Part shown: positions 1 to 9,670 of the stretch, in pieces
Layout of the letters: each line of letters opens with the position of its first letter
Position numbering within the stretch: position 1 is the stretch's first letter
Source: Oligoflexales bacterium
Lineage (GTDB): Bacteria; Bdellovibrionota_B; Oligoflexia; Oligoflexales; RGVZ01
Assembly: GCA_044236265.1 (NCBI GenBank)
Contig: JBIIGV010000003.1
Location: 180-64,179 of the forward strand
Direction: 5' to 3'
DNA: 64,000 nt
The notes under the pieces: model-generated
Seen by the model: only the letters and a program-made list of their open reading frames with translations
What the model was told of the DNA's origin: nothing
Databases searched by the model: none
Made by a program: the position numbers and the translations under genes

Positions 1-223
1 CAAGCCGATCGGTGCCAAATACTTTGGATTGTCGGCGAAGATGAGTTTGCAAAGCAGACAAAAATTGCTCTGTGACCTGACTGTTAACTAAAGAAGGGTT
101 TTCGCGGATCAACGCAAATGCAACGTGCTCAACTTCGAGCGACTGATGCCCGTAGCTTTTTGCCAACTGCAAACCTTGATGGAATGCTTTCTGACATTCA
201 AAATTGTATTTACTTAAATCCAT
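1..223 (-). CDS. Clp ATPase (ClpB/ClpA-like) N-terminal domain, partial (runs off the left edge)
   Basis: Manual translation from ATG at 223: MDLSKYNFECQKAFHQGLQLAKSYGHQSLEVEHVAFALI, which fits the Clp_N repeat pattern (A..lA...gH..l..EHl..AL). Not in the ORF track because it is truncated. Confidence 0.7.
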   Translation of the reverse strand, partial: MDLSKYNFECQKAFHQGLQLAKSYGHQSLEVEHVAFALIRENPSLVNSQVTEQFLSALQTHLRRQSKVFGTDRL

Positions 224-262
224 GACCCGCCCCATCTCGTGGGGCATTACCCCACCAACGGG

Positions 263-288
263 TTATCGGTAAAGGAGCGGGGCATTGA
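263..288 (-). promoter_or_regulatory. sigma28/FliA-like promoter upstream of the Clp gene
   Basis: Minus strand TCAA-N14-ACCGATAA, compared with the consensus TAAA-N15-GCCGATAA. Confidence 0.45.
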
Positions 289-335
289 AGAAAAAACATC
301 AGGGGCACCCCTAGATGCCCATAATCAAAGGGAAA

Positions 336-605
336 TTATTTTGTCCCTCGGCTTTTCTCAATAAAACGCATGCGCAAATCAAGCAGAAGCTGCTGGAGAA
401 GTCGCTCTTCTTCGTCTGACAGGTTGCCCTTTGTCTTGTCTGCAAGAAGTGCCAGGATCTCAATGTTTTGATGGGCCAACGATAAGTTTAAAACTGGTTT
501 TTCCCCTTGAGCGGGAGACTCCCCCATGTAGTGAAGCGCAGCTCCGGAAAATCCCAAAACCAGCCCCCTAAAATCTACAGCTCCTGAATGTTCTCCTGTT
601 GGCAT
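336..605 (-). CDS. DUF1844 family protein
   Basis: DF..LV.....AL..MGE...NL..A...I..L..L..KTKGNLS.EE..LL...L.DLRM.F motif; GAGGAG RBS before ATG at 605. Confidence 0.8.
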   Translation of the reverse strand: MPTGEHSGAVDFRGLVLGFSGAALHYMGESPAQGEKPVLNLSLAHQNIEILALLADKTKGNLSDEEERLLQQLLLDLRMRFIEKSRGTK

Positions 606-681
606 GACAAAACTCCTCAATTTCAGCTGTCTTCAATATGAGTTAGATCACAGGTTTTCTGCAAGTAAATACCATATCGTT

Positions 682-708
682 TTAACTTATTTGAGCACTA
701 GCCGATAC
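682..708 (+). promoter_or_regulatory. sigma28/FliA-like promoter
   Basis: TTAA-N15-GCCGATAC about 50 bp upstream of the FHA gene. Confidence 0.45.
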
Positions 709-760
709 AGACCCATACGATAAATTTTGGTTAACATTCAGTGCTTTACTATCGAAACTG

Positions 761-1501
761 ATGACTATGTCTGCTGACGTTCCACATCGAAAAGGCGAAA
801 CTCGAGCCGTCCTCTACGCGGTCTCCAGCCAGGGGGGCGACGCGATTAAACTTCGTCGCGACGCCACCATTCTTGGCAGGGAAAAGGGTGACGTCCTTGT
901 TGCTGATCATGAGGTTTCTTCAACACACTGTCAGATTCAAAATATTAACGGCGTCTATCACATCTTTGACATGAACAGTACGAATGGGACATTCGTAAAC
1001 AAAAACCGCGTGGTTAAAGCCAAGCTCAATCATGGTGATGAAATTTCCATTGGCAAGACGACCTTCAAGTTTGCCCTCGAAGAGGATGCGAAGGTTCGTC
1101 ACATAAATACCATTTTTAAAACCAATCAAAATGCTGAGCCTGGAAAGAGTAGCTTGGTCGATACCCTCATTGAAGACGAGGTCCGCAAGAAACAGAGCTA
1201 TTCCATGAAGCTGTCCATTAAGTACTCTGATGGCTCTGGAGAAACGATAGAATTACCGCAGCGGCAAGTATACCTCGGCCGCGCCACAAATTTCGGGCGC
1301 TTTGAAAGTGACGTCGAAATCAGCCGTAAGCACGTTTTGATCAAGTTAAACGACCACGGCGAGGTCTTTATCGAAGACCAGGGGTCGACCAATGGAACCT
1401 TCCTCAATGGCTCGAAAATCCGGGGCATGCACCCCTTAAAACCAAACGATACCGTACGATTAGGCGCCATTGAAGTTCGGGTAGCCGTAAAAACCGGTTG
1501 A
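761..1501 (+). CDS. double FHA-domain protein
   Basis: Two FHA signatures: LGR..VSSTH..DMNSTNGTFVN and LGR..ISRKH..DQGSTNGTFLNG. Confidence 0.9.
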   Translation: MTMSADVPHRKGETRAVLYAVSSQGGDAIKLRRDATILGREKGDVLVADHEVSSTHCQIQNINGVYHIFDMNSTNGTFVNKNRVVKAKLNHGDEISIGKTTFKFALEEDAKVRHINTIFKTNQNAEPGKSSLVDTLIEDEVRKKQSYSMKLSIKYSDGSGETIELPQRQVYLGRATNFGRFESDVEISRKHVLIKLNDHGEVFIEDQGSTNGTFLNGSKIRGMHPLKPNDTVRLGAIEVRVAVKTG

Positions 1502-1547
1502 CGGCTAGCGCCCTAAAATGTGATACCTGCGTCCCTCGGATTCTTTT

Positions 1548-1632
1548 GGGGACGTGGTGAAATTGGTAGACACGCTGGTCTTAGAAGCCAGTGCCGTAAG
1601 GTGTGAGAGTTCAAGTCTCTCCGTCCCCACCA
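1548..1632 (+). tRNA. tRNA-Leu (anticodon TAG)
   Basis: GGGGACG/CGTCCCC acceptor stem, D loop TGGTAGAC, anticodon arm CTGGT-CTTAGAA-GCCAG, long variable arm, T loop GTTCAAGTC, encoded CCA end. Confidence 0.97.
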
Positions 1633-1670
1633 TTGAGAGCGAATCCAATTTTTTATTCAGAACTATTTTC

Positions 1671-3665
1671 TCACTCCACGCGCATCGCCTGGATGATCTG
1701 CATCTTCTCTGCTTTACGAGCAGGAAGAAGTCCACTTAACACGCCGGTCAGAACACAAAGCGACATCGAAATCAAAATACTGAACGGATTAAACAGCCAT
1801 TCAAATTGGACCTTCGGCATGACCTGGCTCACCAAGTACATAACAAGTCCACATCCTCCAACTCCAATTAAAACACCAGCGACTCCAGCGAGACTACACA
1901 GTAATCCTGACTCAAATAAAACCATTGAGCGGATTGCTTTATCGCCGGCCCCGATCGCCTTTCTCAAGCCTATTTCCCGTAGGCGTTCTGAAACTGATAC
2001 AGCCATCATATTGTAGATACCAACTCCGCCAACCAGCAATGAAATCCCAGCTACCGATATCAGCAAAACCGAAAAAAGACCAAGAAATCGGTTCATCTGA
2101 GCTAATAGTTTTGAGTCATTATTAATCCAGACTTCAACCCCTTGACCATATTTATGCAAAAAGTAATTTTTGAGAGCGATTGTGAGAGGTTCGACATCTT
2201 CAACTTTTTTTGCGGCCACCGCAAAACCATGCACATAAGAATTCCAACTTATACTTTGTACAAAATCAACCGGCGCATAGATTGTTGTGTCAGGGTTGTT
2301 CCACTCTTGATTACTTCGAATGGGCGCTAAGACACCAACCACATTACACAGCACCGATTTGTCCGAATTCATGATCCCTATGGTCTGACCAACTAAAGTC
2401 ATATCCGGTTTTGGCAGAAGTATCTTCGCGACACGGGCGCCAACAACACAGCTTCGGCGCTGTTCTTTCACATCAATGGCAGAAAGGCTCCTGCCATCAG
2501 CGACAGCAAATCCAGACATCGGCAGATATTGTTCATTTACCCCTACGACTCGGCTGTTATCCAAACTTTTAGATTGTCCGCCAAAGCTAATTTTATCTAA
2601 ATAAAAATTGGAAATTGGTGTTAAATAACGGATCTGAGGAAATACGCTCGTCAGAGGCTTTAAATCACCCTCCCAAGTCAACCCACGAAATAAGTTTGCA
2701 GCTGCCTCCGAGCTCGAACCGAACCTCCGATAAACACCGCCGTCGATGCGGTTAACGCCTAAGGATTCGTAACCTTCCAATATCCTTGTCTTGGCAAATT
2801 CTCCTAAAGTCATAACCGCGACTAGCGCGGCTGTTCCAATGGCAACACCAACCATGGTGAGTAAACTTTTAAACTTATTACGGCGAATGTTATCAAAGCC
2901 AGGACGGGCAGACTGCCGCCAAGAGAAAAATCCAGACTCTTCGTCCGCTGATCTAGGCAAATTTTCTGAGACATCATGTAAACGAAGTCTTGCAGCATCT
3001 TTGCGAGAGTCAGAAACAACCCGACCATCTTGTATTTCTATTTGCCGGCTACAGGCAGCTGCAATTTTTTGATCGTGAGTAATAATGACGACAGTCTTCC
3101 CTTGGCCGTTAAGCTCCTCTAAAAGTGTGATGACCTCCCGGGCATTTTTGGTATCAAGATTTCCAGTTGGTTCATCGCACAGGAGAATGTCTGGATCAAA
3201 TAGTAAAGCACGCGCCACTGCCACCCGCTGCTGCTGACCGCCAGATAGCTGATCAGGCCGATGGTCAAGTCGCTCGCCAAGACCTAGCCGCGAGGCCAGG
3301 TCTTTGGCCGATGTGGTCAATGATTTATGCAGCTTCTTTGAATATACAGAAGGTAACAAAATATTTTCCAGCACTGGCGCTCTCGGCAAAAGATGAAAAT
3401 GCTGAAACACGAAGCCAATATTATGATTTCGAAAAGAGGCCAGTCGCTCGTTACTCATTCCGTAGATGTCTTGGCCAGCGATACTCAGACGTCCATCCGT
3501 CGGAGAGAGCAATCCACCTAAGATGTAGAAAAGCGTGCTCTTGCCAGAGCCACTTGGACCAGTAATGGCAACCATTTCTCCGCGCTCGATTTGGAGACTA
3601 ACGCCTCGCAAAATAGGCTCGCTTACAGCCGAGTACGAAAATGTGATATTTTTGGCTTGAATCAT
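1671..3665 (-). CDS. macB: MacB-type ABC transporter ATP-binding/permease fusion
   Basis: Walker A GPSGSGKS, LSGGQQQR, DEPTGNLD, followed by a MacB periplasmic domain and FtsX permease (SVSERLREIGLRKAIGA). Confidence 0.9.
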   Translation of the reverse strand: MIQAKNITFSYSAVSEPILRGVSLQIERGEMVAITGPSGSGKSTLFYILGGLLSPTDGRLSIAGQDIYGMSNERLASFRNHNIGFVFQHFHLLPRAPVLENILLPSVYSKKLHKSLTTSAKDLASRLGLGERLDHRPDQLSGGQQQRVAVARALLFDPDILLCDEPTGNLDTKNAREVITLLEELNGQGKTVVIITHDQKIAAACSRQIEIQDGRVVSDSRKDAARLRLHDVSENLPRSADEESGFFSWRQSARPGFDNIRRNKFKSLLTMVGVAIGTAALVAVMTLGEFAKTRILEGYESLGVNRIDGGVYRRFGSSSEAAANLFRGLTWEGDLKPLTSVFPQIRYLTPISNFYLDKISFGGQSKSLDNSRVVGVNEQYLPMSGFAVADGRSLSAIDVKEQRRSCVVGARVAKILLPKPDMTLVGQTIGIMNSDKSVLCNVVGVLAPIRSNQEWNNPDTTIYAPVDFVQSISWNSYVHGFAVAAKKVEDVEPLTIALKNYFLHKYGQGVEVWINNDSKLLAQMNRFLGLFSVLLISVAGISLLVGGVGIYNMMAVSVSERLREIGLRKAIGAGDKAIRSMVLFESGLLCSLAGVAGVLIGVGGCGLVMYLVSQVMPKVQFEWLFNPFSILISMSLCVLTGVLSGLLPARKAEKMQIIQAMRVE

Positions 3666-3667
3666 GT

Positions 3668-4525
3668 CTAGATTTTTTCAGAATAGAAGTCGACTTGACG
3701 AATTTTTTCGCCAATCGCGACTCCGGACTTTATTTCAATCGCCTTATCATCACTAATCCCTAGCTGAACGTCTTTCGATTCACCATTGACGGTTTGCACA
3801 ACTGCTTTGCCGTCTTTAATACTCACATAGTCGTGGGGAAGACTAGGAACACCTTTTGCTGAAGCGAAAATTATCTGTACCGACGCCGTCATGCCGGACT
3901 TGAGTGTTTCATCGGGATTAACCACCTGAACTTTGACATTAAACTCGACTGCAGACGAACTCCAGCGATTAGCATCCTTGAGCTTAGCAGCCTCGGCAAC
4001 GGAAATAACCTTTCCCTCAAAATGTCGATTTTGCAGAGCCAGCGGACTAATTTTAGCCTCTAGTCCGACTTTATATTTTGCAATATCCATCTCAGGAACC
4101 GCGCACTCAACAATAAAAATACTCGGATCATCGACGACAAGAATTGGGTTGTCTTTTACCTTCTCGACCCACTCTCCCTCTTGCCGTAGAACGTCGACCA
4201 CCCGACCAGAAAACTGCGCGCGCTGTGGGTAGGCGGTTTCATTTGCATTTGGCGATGATGAAACCTGAACAAGAGGATCTCCTGACTTCACCCATTGCCC
4301 CATTTGAACAAATATTCTCCGAATATATCCATCAAAGGTTGGATACACCACTAAACGACGCTTTGGCGTTAAGACACCCGACACAGTCACGGCTTGCGTT
4401 ATATCGCTTTGCGCCACTATTGTTTGCCGGAGAGTAGAAGAATCTTTTTTCTTGTCATCACAACCCACAAAAAAGACGAGCAAACCGAGAACTATTAATG
4501 ACTTTTTATTCAAAAATCGCACCAT
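3668..4525 (-). CDS. MacA-like periplasmic adaptor (membrane fusion protein), lipoprotein
   Basis: Lipobox FVGC, GYIRRIFVQMGQWVKSGDPL lipoyl-like motif, LKSGMTA; operonic with macB. Confidence 0.85.
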   Translation of the reverse strand: MVRFLNKKSLIVLGLLVFFVGCDDKKKDSSTLRQTIVAQSDITQAVTVSGVLTPKRRLVVYPTFDGYIRRIFVQMGQWVKSGDPLVQVSSSPNANETAYPQRAQFSGRVVDVLRQEGEWVEKVKDNPILVVDDPSIFIVECAVPEMDIAKYKVGLEAKISPLALQNRHFEGKVISVAEAAKLKDANRWSSSAVEFNVKVQVVNPDETLKSGMTASVQIIFASAKGVPSLPHDYVSIKDGKAVVQTVNGESKDVQLGISDDKAIEIKSGVAIGEKIRQVDFYSEKI

Positions 4526-5834
4526 AAATACTCCCCGCCATACTGTGTAAACGAATAAGGCCTAGCTGTTCTTCAATTAAATCATCATCCACAGCCTGCT
4601 GTGCTAGCGAAAGTGCGTCCAAAGCCGCAACCAAGTCTAGGTAACTTTGTGCCCCACGACGATATTCACGTTCTACAATTTCAAATCGTTTTTTTTCCAT
4701 TTCAAGCAGCTTGCGATCCGCAACACTTTGCGCAGAAAATGAACTCAGATCCTGATACAGAGCATCAAAAATCGCGCGTTGCTCCCGCTTTTTTTGATCT
4801 CGTTCTAAATTTTGAGCTTTTTGAGCAAACACCAATGCTGATTTCTCGTGGCGACGTTGACCCCCGTCAAATAAATTATATTTGAGAGAAAGACCAACGG
4901 ACGATTGGCGGAAAATATCGCCTGGTTTATGTTCCTCGACAACTCCGACGTCACGAACACCCGCACTAAAATTACTTGTAAAATCTATTTGTGGCCCATG
5001 CTTTGACTCCAACTGTCGAAGCTTTAACTGATCGCTTTGATCCTCTAGAGCTATCATTTTAGCGGTCGGCGTATCATCCCAGACCATTTTTGGGGGAGTC
5101 TTTAATTCAGACACTGCTAATTCATTTAGATCGGAAACCCGAACACCTTGAACCACATCAATCCCAATGACATTAGCTAAGTCTGCCTGCGCAGATTTGA
5201 GCTTTCTAGTCAGACCAAGGCCAATAGCTTCACTTTGTTGAATGCGGCCCTCGATTTCCATGAGGCCCGTCTCTGCAGCGAGACCATTTTTTACTTTTTC
5301 CTCAATATTACTCTTTTGTCTTTTTAGGAGTTTTATTTTTTCTTCGTGATTACGCTTCGCAACTAAAGCCTTATGAAGCCCAAAATAGGCCTCTGCGGTC
5401 TTCTGGATGACCTCATTTGCACTCAAGACGGCTTGATGCTCGGATTTGGTTAACGCGAGTTTTTCAAGTAGTTCGTTAGAGGTGCGCCTTCCACCATCCC
5501 AAATGTTCCACGTCAATTCTAAACCGGCGGAATTGTGCCATTGATCCTTGACTCTCTCCTCTGCCTCAGGCCGCGGTGTCGTGACTCCAATATCTGAGGT
5601 TAAATTAATGGATGGCCAGCGTTCAGCACCGATAGATTTTACCCGCGACTGCGCGCTGACAACCATTTCCTTCGAAGATTTTAATATATTTGAGTGAGTT
5701 AAAGACTCTAGGCACGCTTCTTTTAAGGTGACTGCAAAAGCCATCTTTGCGCTCAGTAGAACAAGCAAAATTGCACCAACACTTGACCGTAAAATTATTC
5801 GTTTCTCGCGCAAAGAGAGAGTATTGGCACTCAA
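4506..5834 (-). CDS. TolC-family outer membrane efflux protein
   Basis: WPSINL, LTWNIWDGG and LKYNLFDGG repeats; upstream of macA/macB. Confidence 0.88.
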   Translation of the reverse strand: MSANTLSLREKRIILRSSVGAILLVLLSAKMAFAVTLKEACLESLTHSNILKSSKEMVVSAQSRVKSIGAERWPSINLTSDIGVTTPRPEAEERVKDQWHNSAGLELTWNIWDGGRRTSNELLEKLALTKSEHQAVLSANEVIQKTAEAYFGLHKALVAKRNHEEKIKLLKRQKSNIEEKVKNGLAAETGLMEIEGRIQQSEAIGLGLTRKLKSAQADLANVIGIDVVQGVRVSDLNELAVSELKTPPKMVWDDTPTAKMIALEDQSDQLKLRQLESKHGPQIDFTSNFSAGVRDVGVVEEHKPGDIFRQSSVGLSLKYNLFDGGQRRHEKSALVFAQKAQNLERDQKKREQRAIFDALYQDLSSFSAQSVADRKLLEMEKKRFEIVEREYRRGAQSYLDLVAALDALSLAQQAVDDDLIEEQLGLIRLHSMAGSIYGAIFE

Positions 5835-5970
5835 GCGAAACCTCCGGCATCAAAAACGAATGAACTATCAGGAGTATCTGAGAGTCAATTTAGCAATATG
5901 CCGATGAGGAATTCATTAAAATTATGATGGATTTAAATTTAACGTTAACGTTACCAGGAGGTCAGTTTTG

Positions 5971-7278
5971 TTAAATCGTCTGACGCACATCGCTTAAATC
6001 TACGCCGCGATCTAATAAGTCCTGAATCTGAATAACTCCAGACGACACAGCACGCTCAAAGAAATTGATCAGACCCAAGACACTGGCGCGGTCGTCAAAC
6101 ATGCCGCCCACGTGACTGGCCCGCGAGGATTTTTCCACAAACGTCTTAAGGCGGCTAACCGCACTTTCAAATTCTGAGAGTACAAATGCATAGTTTGCTG
6201 CATGCCGAATATGAAGCTGTGAGGGATGAAGATCCCAAGCTTGGTAAAAGCCATTCATCAGGCTTCGAGTCATTTGCTGATAGTTGTATCGCCACGTCTC
6301 ACGAAATGCCTCGATAGCTTCAGGGGTCGAGTGCTTTGGTAAAAGAGGTAGCCGGTTAATAATGCCGTCACTCACGCCGAGGCCAGGCGCCAGCCCGGAC
6401 AAAACCTGCATCCACATTCTCGCAAAGTCAGCGGCCATATGGTCAATGGCTTGACCTGCACTTCCAATCCCCATGGAAGACGTAAAATCATAAACACCAA
6501 AGTGAATACTGCGGCATCGTCCACGGGCAGCTAAAAGAAAAGTCGGCAAGGGGATTGTGCCATCTGCAGAGAGGAACGCTTCTGGAGATTCAATGAGGAT
6601 TTCTACAGCAAAGTATCCAGGATGCAGGTGGTAGGTGCTTTCAAAGCCATCAAGAATTTCACAAAGAGTTGCAACCTGTTCCGCGTTGGTGACTTTGGGT
6701 AGCGTCACGACAAGATGTTTCAGGGTAGAGTTTTTTCCCCCTGTATCCAGGAAAGTCTGCACAAATAGCGCAAGGGTCTTTAGTGAGCGCTTCATGCCGG
6801 TCACCGACAAAGGCTTTATGCGAAAGCCTATAGACTTCGGTGTATGATTTTTTTGAGCGAGATCGGCGAGTGTTTTTGCAGCGGACACGGCATGCGCATC
6901 CTCTTCCTCGTCGGAGCGGGCGCCGTAGCCATCTTCAAAATCAATTCGGTAGTCTTCCAGAGGCTCTCGCTCCATTTTTAGACTTAGCCGATTGAAAACA
7001 TTTTGTGAAAATTCTGGCGACCAATTCGCGCCGATCAGCTGATTTAGCGACTCAGAATTTGGGGCCGCAAATTGAAACGCCTCCTTAGCTAGAAGATTGA
7101 CCTTCGCAAAGGTTTTCTCCGAGAAAAGGTGGGCACCACCATAGAGCACATGCACAGGATGCTGATGAGAATGACGTGGAGAGAGTAAATTTGTTTGTCC
7201 TGAAACCGCACGATTAGCTTTTTCAAGTCGCGCAATTTGGCTGGCAAAATTATTCAGATCAACCAGAGTCATCGACAT
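5971..7278 (-). CDS. HpcH/HpaI aldolase / citrate lyase-like TIM-barrel protein (DUF6986-like)
   Basis: PVHVLYGGAHLF, DYRIDFEDGYG, VTLPKV, HFGVYDF and QAWDLHP motifs. Confidence 0.75.
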   Translation of the reverse strand: MSMTLVDLNNFASQIARLEKANRAVSGQTNLLSPRHSHQHPVHVLYGGAHLFSEKTFAKVNLLAKEAFQFAAPNSESLNQLIGANWSPEFSQNVFNRLSLKMEREPLEDYRIDFEDGYGARSDEEEDAHAVSAAKTLADLAQKNHTPKSIGFRIKPLSVTGMKRSLKTLALFVQTFLDTGGKNSTLKHLVVTLPKVTNAEQVATLCEILDGFESTYHLHPGYFAVEILIESPEAFLSADGTIPLPTFLLAARGRCRSIHFGVYDFTSSMGIGSAGQAIDHMAADFARMWMQVLSGLAPGLGVSDGIINRLPLLPKHSTPEAIEAFRETWRYNYQQMTRSLMNGFYQAWDLHPSQLHIRHAANYAFVLSEFESAVSRLKTFVEKSSRASHVGGMFDDRASVLGLINFFERAVSSGVIQIQDLLDRGVDLSDVRQTI

Positions 7279-7413
7279 CCTCCCGCAAAAAACAAGAAAC
7301 TGATGGATCAGTATTTCAAACAGATTGACGTTACCGAATGTTTAAAAAATGTTACATCTTTTGTTTCAACAGGAGCAAACGACTTCCCCACGATACAGAC
7401 TGGCGGCTCGACT

Positions 7414-8055
7414 ATGGATCAAAGCTTAATAAGCATTCTCAAAGATCTTGAAGAAAATCACCAGTGCCATACAGCCATTTTATATGGATCCAGAGCTCGT
7501 GATGATTTCTCCACGGCTAGCGACTACGACATTATCGCTGTTAAGGCCACTGGTGAGCGAAATCGAGATAATCGCTTCATAAATGGACTGCGACGAGACG
7601 TGTTTATCTATCCAGAAGCTGATCTTGAACAATTAGATGAATCCATGCTTAGAATCCACGGCGGTATTATTCTAAAAGAGAAAGATCGCCAGGGTCAGAT
7701 ATTAATGGAAAAGGTAGAAAAACTGTACAGGACTGGACCTAAAATGTTACCTGATTATGAAATCAAGGCCATGGTCGAGTGGTATCTTAAGATGATTGCT
7801 AGAGTCTGTTCGGGTGGAGTCTTAACGGCCGAAAGCTTATATCGAAGGCTAGAACTGCAGTACAGCATGCTTCCGGATTATTTTAAATTTCGGTCCCATT
7901 GGTATCTTGGCGCTAAAACCGCACTAAGTTGGCTAAAAGACAATGATCCTGAAACTTATGTCGTTATGGAAGCCGCAATTCAGCACAATGCGTCGGATGA
8001 TCAAATAAAAAAAGCTGTATACCGCGTGACCAGTTTTGCAAACGTCATGACGTAG
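7414..8055 (+). CDS. Pol-beta superfamily nucleotidyltransferase domain protein
   Basis: ILYGSRARDD...SDYD motif; ATG at 7414 preferred because the longer ORF (7237) overlaps the divergent gene. Confidence 0.8.
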   Translation: MDQSLISILKDLEENHQCHTAILYGSRARDDFSTASDYDIIAVKATGERNRDNRFINGLRRDVFIYPEADLEQLDESMLRIHGGIILKEKDRQGQILMEKVEKLYRTGPKMLPDYEIKAMVEWYLKMIARVCSGGVLTAESLYRRLELQYSMLPDYFKFRSHWYLGAKTALSWLKDNDPETYVVMEAAIQHNASDDQIKKAVYRVTSFANVMT

Positions 8056-8100
8056 AGCCAAGCCTGCGAGTTTTGCAACTTCGAGAGTCAAACTGAAACA

Positions 8101-8135
8101 AAAATCCCACTGGTATTTTCTACCAGTGGGATTTT
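8101..8135. terminator. bidirectional intrinsic terminator between the NTase gene and rplT
   Basis: Perfect inverted repeat AAAATCCCACTGGTA-ttttc-TACCAGTGGGATTTT between convergent genes. Confidence 0.85.
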
Positions 8136-8166
8136 GTTGCGTCGTTACCGTCGCAGGTGGCAGCAA

Positions 8167-8529
8167 TTACTTGCGGCCAAGTCCTGCTTTCGCTTCAGCG
8201 ACAAGAGCGGAGAACGCTGCTTTGTCAGTGATGGCGAGGTTCGAAAGAACACTGCGATCAACCGTAATTCCACGCTTCTTAAGACCGTTGACGAACTCAC
8301 TATACTTGAGTCCTTCAGCACGGGTTGCAGCGTTGATACGGACGATCCAAAGTTTTCTAAACTCACGTTTACGTACGCGACGATCACGATACGAGTAGCG
8401 GAGAGCGCGGCGGACTACATGGACTGCCGTCTTGATGTTGCTCTTACGCGTACCGCGGAAGCCCTTGGCTAAACCAAGGAGTTTCTTCCTTCTACGTCTT
8501 GCTTTAAAACCACGTTTTACACGAGCCAT
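8167..8529 (-). CDS. rplT: 50S ribosomal protein L20
   Basis: MARVKRG...AKGFRG...[22 protein letters not shown]. Confidence 0.98.
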   Translation of the reverse strand: MARVKRGFKARRRRKKLLGLAKGFRGTRKSNIKTAVHVVRRALRYSYRDRRVRKREFRKLWIVRINAATRAEGLKYSEFVNGLKKRGITVDRSVLSNLAITDKAAFSALVAEAKAGLGRK

Positions 8530-8540
8530 GATACCTACCC

Positions 8541-8738
8541 TTATCCGTTAGGAAGACAGCGCATCACTAATCCTAGATTGGAATCATCGACGTAACCGCC
8601 CTTTTTGAGCTTGTTCTTACGACCGCGATCCTTCTTCGTGAGGATGTGACGCTTGTTTGCGTGACTGCGCTTGACCTTTCCGCTAGAGAGCACTGTGAAG
8701 CGCTTAGCGGCTGCGCGTTTGGTCTTGATCTTTGGCAT
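8541..8738 (-). CDS. rpmI: 50S ribosomal protein L35
   Basis: [14 protein letters not shown]...HILTKK; directly upstream of rplT. Confidence 0.98.
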   Translation of the reverse strand: MPKIKTKRAAAKRFTVLSSGKVKRSHANKRHILTKKDRGRKNKLKKGGYVDDSNLGLVMRCLPNG

Positions 8739-8905
8739 TCAACCACCTCAAATCATTAATGAAAACCACCAAAATGACGGGGGCCACCCTGGTGAAAGTG
8801 AACCGATGGTGTATCACTTTGACCCCTAAGGCGCAAGAAGTTCTTTAGTTTTTTGAAACTGATAGGTCAAGGCCCCCAAGGCTTTCAGAGGGGGGCTGAC
8901 TATAC

Positions 8906-9631
8906 TTATTGAACGACGAATGCGGCTGTGCCTGACACCATGGCTGAAGCGTAGGACGGTTTCCAGTCAGTGGACTGAACTTTGATCACACCACGCTGGG
9001 TGGCTTGAGCAGATATAACCTTTGAATTACTAGGATTAACAGATGAATCCCCATCAACCTTGGACTTAAACCACTTGTTCATGGGGCGTCCATTTTGCAC
9101 AGCCCGGGCAAGACCGCCGGCACTGACGAGCTCTCGACCCTGTTCATCAACCACTTTGACGAAGGCCGTGGGCATCGTGCCCCTTGGAAGCTGAATCACA
9201 ACCGACTCAGGAGCGGCGTCTGTCGCCACGGATCCTGCTGCATTAGCCGACAACTGCTCAGCTACTTTATGCATCGGCGCTTCAAGAAGCACCTTCACGC
9301 GCTCATCACCAAAATAGGTTGTTGTCACGGAAGTCGTCGCTGCAGACATTTTGGATAGCTTTTCAACGGTGGCGCTATCGCTTGTTCCCAGACGCTCTGC
9401 CATGACTTTTGGCAGATCTTTTTCTGCGGCGCGAAGACCGTCAGCCCACGCGCGCTGCTCGGCCGAGCGATAGTTAGTCTCGCCAGACTCTAACTTTCCA
9501 ACGCCGTAAAAACGGACTTTACCGGTGGTCCAATTCACTTCGTAACGTCCATCACGTTCAATGAGGTTGGCCGCAAACGCACCGTCAATTAACGATGTAA
9601 AAATCATCATGCTTGCCAACAACTTCATCAC
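8906..9631 (-). CDS. secreted hypothetical protein (LPP20-like N-terminal region possible)
   Basis: Signal peptide ending AFA, GGAGGA RBS, VNWTTGKVRFYGVG...AEQRAWADG segment. Confidence 0.55.
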   Translation of the reverse strand: MMKLLASMMIFTSLIDGAFAANLIERDGRYEVNWTTGKVRFYGVGKLESGETNYRSAEQRAWADGLRAAEKDLPKVMAERLGTSDSATVEKLSKMSAATTSVTTTYFGDERVKVLLEAPMHKVAEQLSANAAGSVATDAAPESVVIQLPRGTMPTAFVKVVDEQGRELVSAGGLARAVQNGRPMNKWFKSKVDGDSSVNPSNSKVISAQATQRGVIKVQSTDWKPSYASAMVSGTAAFVVQ

Positions 9632-9670
9632 GTGCACTCCTCCAAAAACATTCAAAATGGGTGCCTTCGC

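Noticed and set aside
1505-1739. Short ORFs 1505-1735(-) and 1554-1739(+)
   Set aside because: They overlap the tRNA-Leu gene and are spurious.
7414-8055. MNT-HEPN toxin-antitoxin or CBASS-type nucleotidyltransferase system
   Set aside because: The gene stands alone, with no HEPN partner or effector, and is followed by a terminator.
1548-8100. Genomic island integrated at tRNA-Leu
   Set aside because: No integrase, and no duplicated tRNA 3' end (att site) found by eye.
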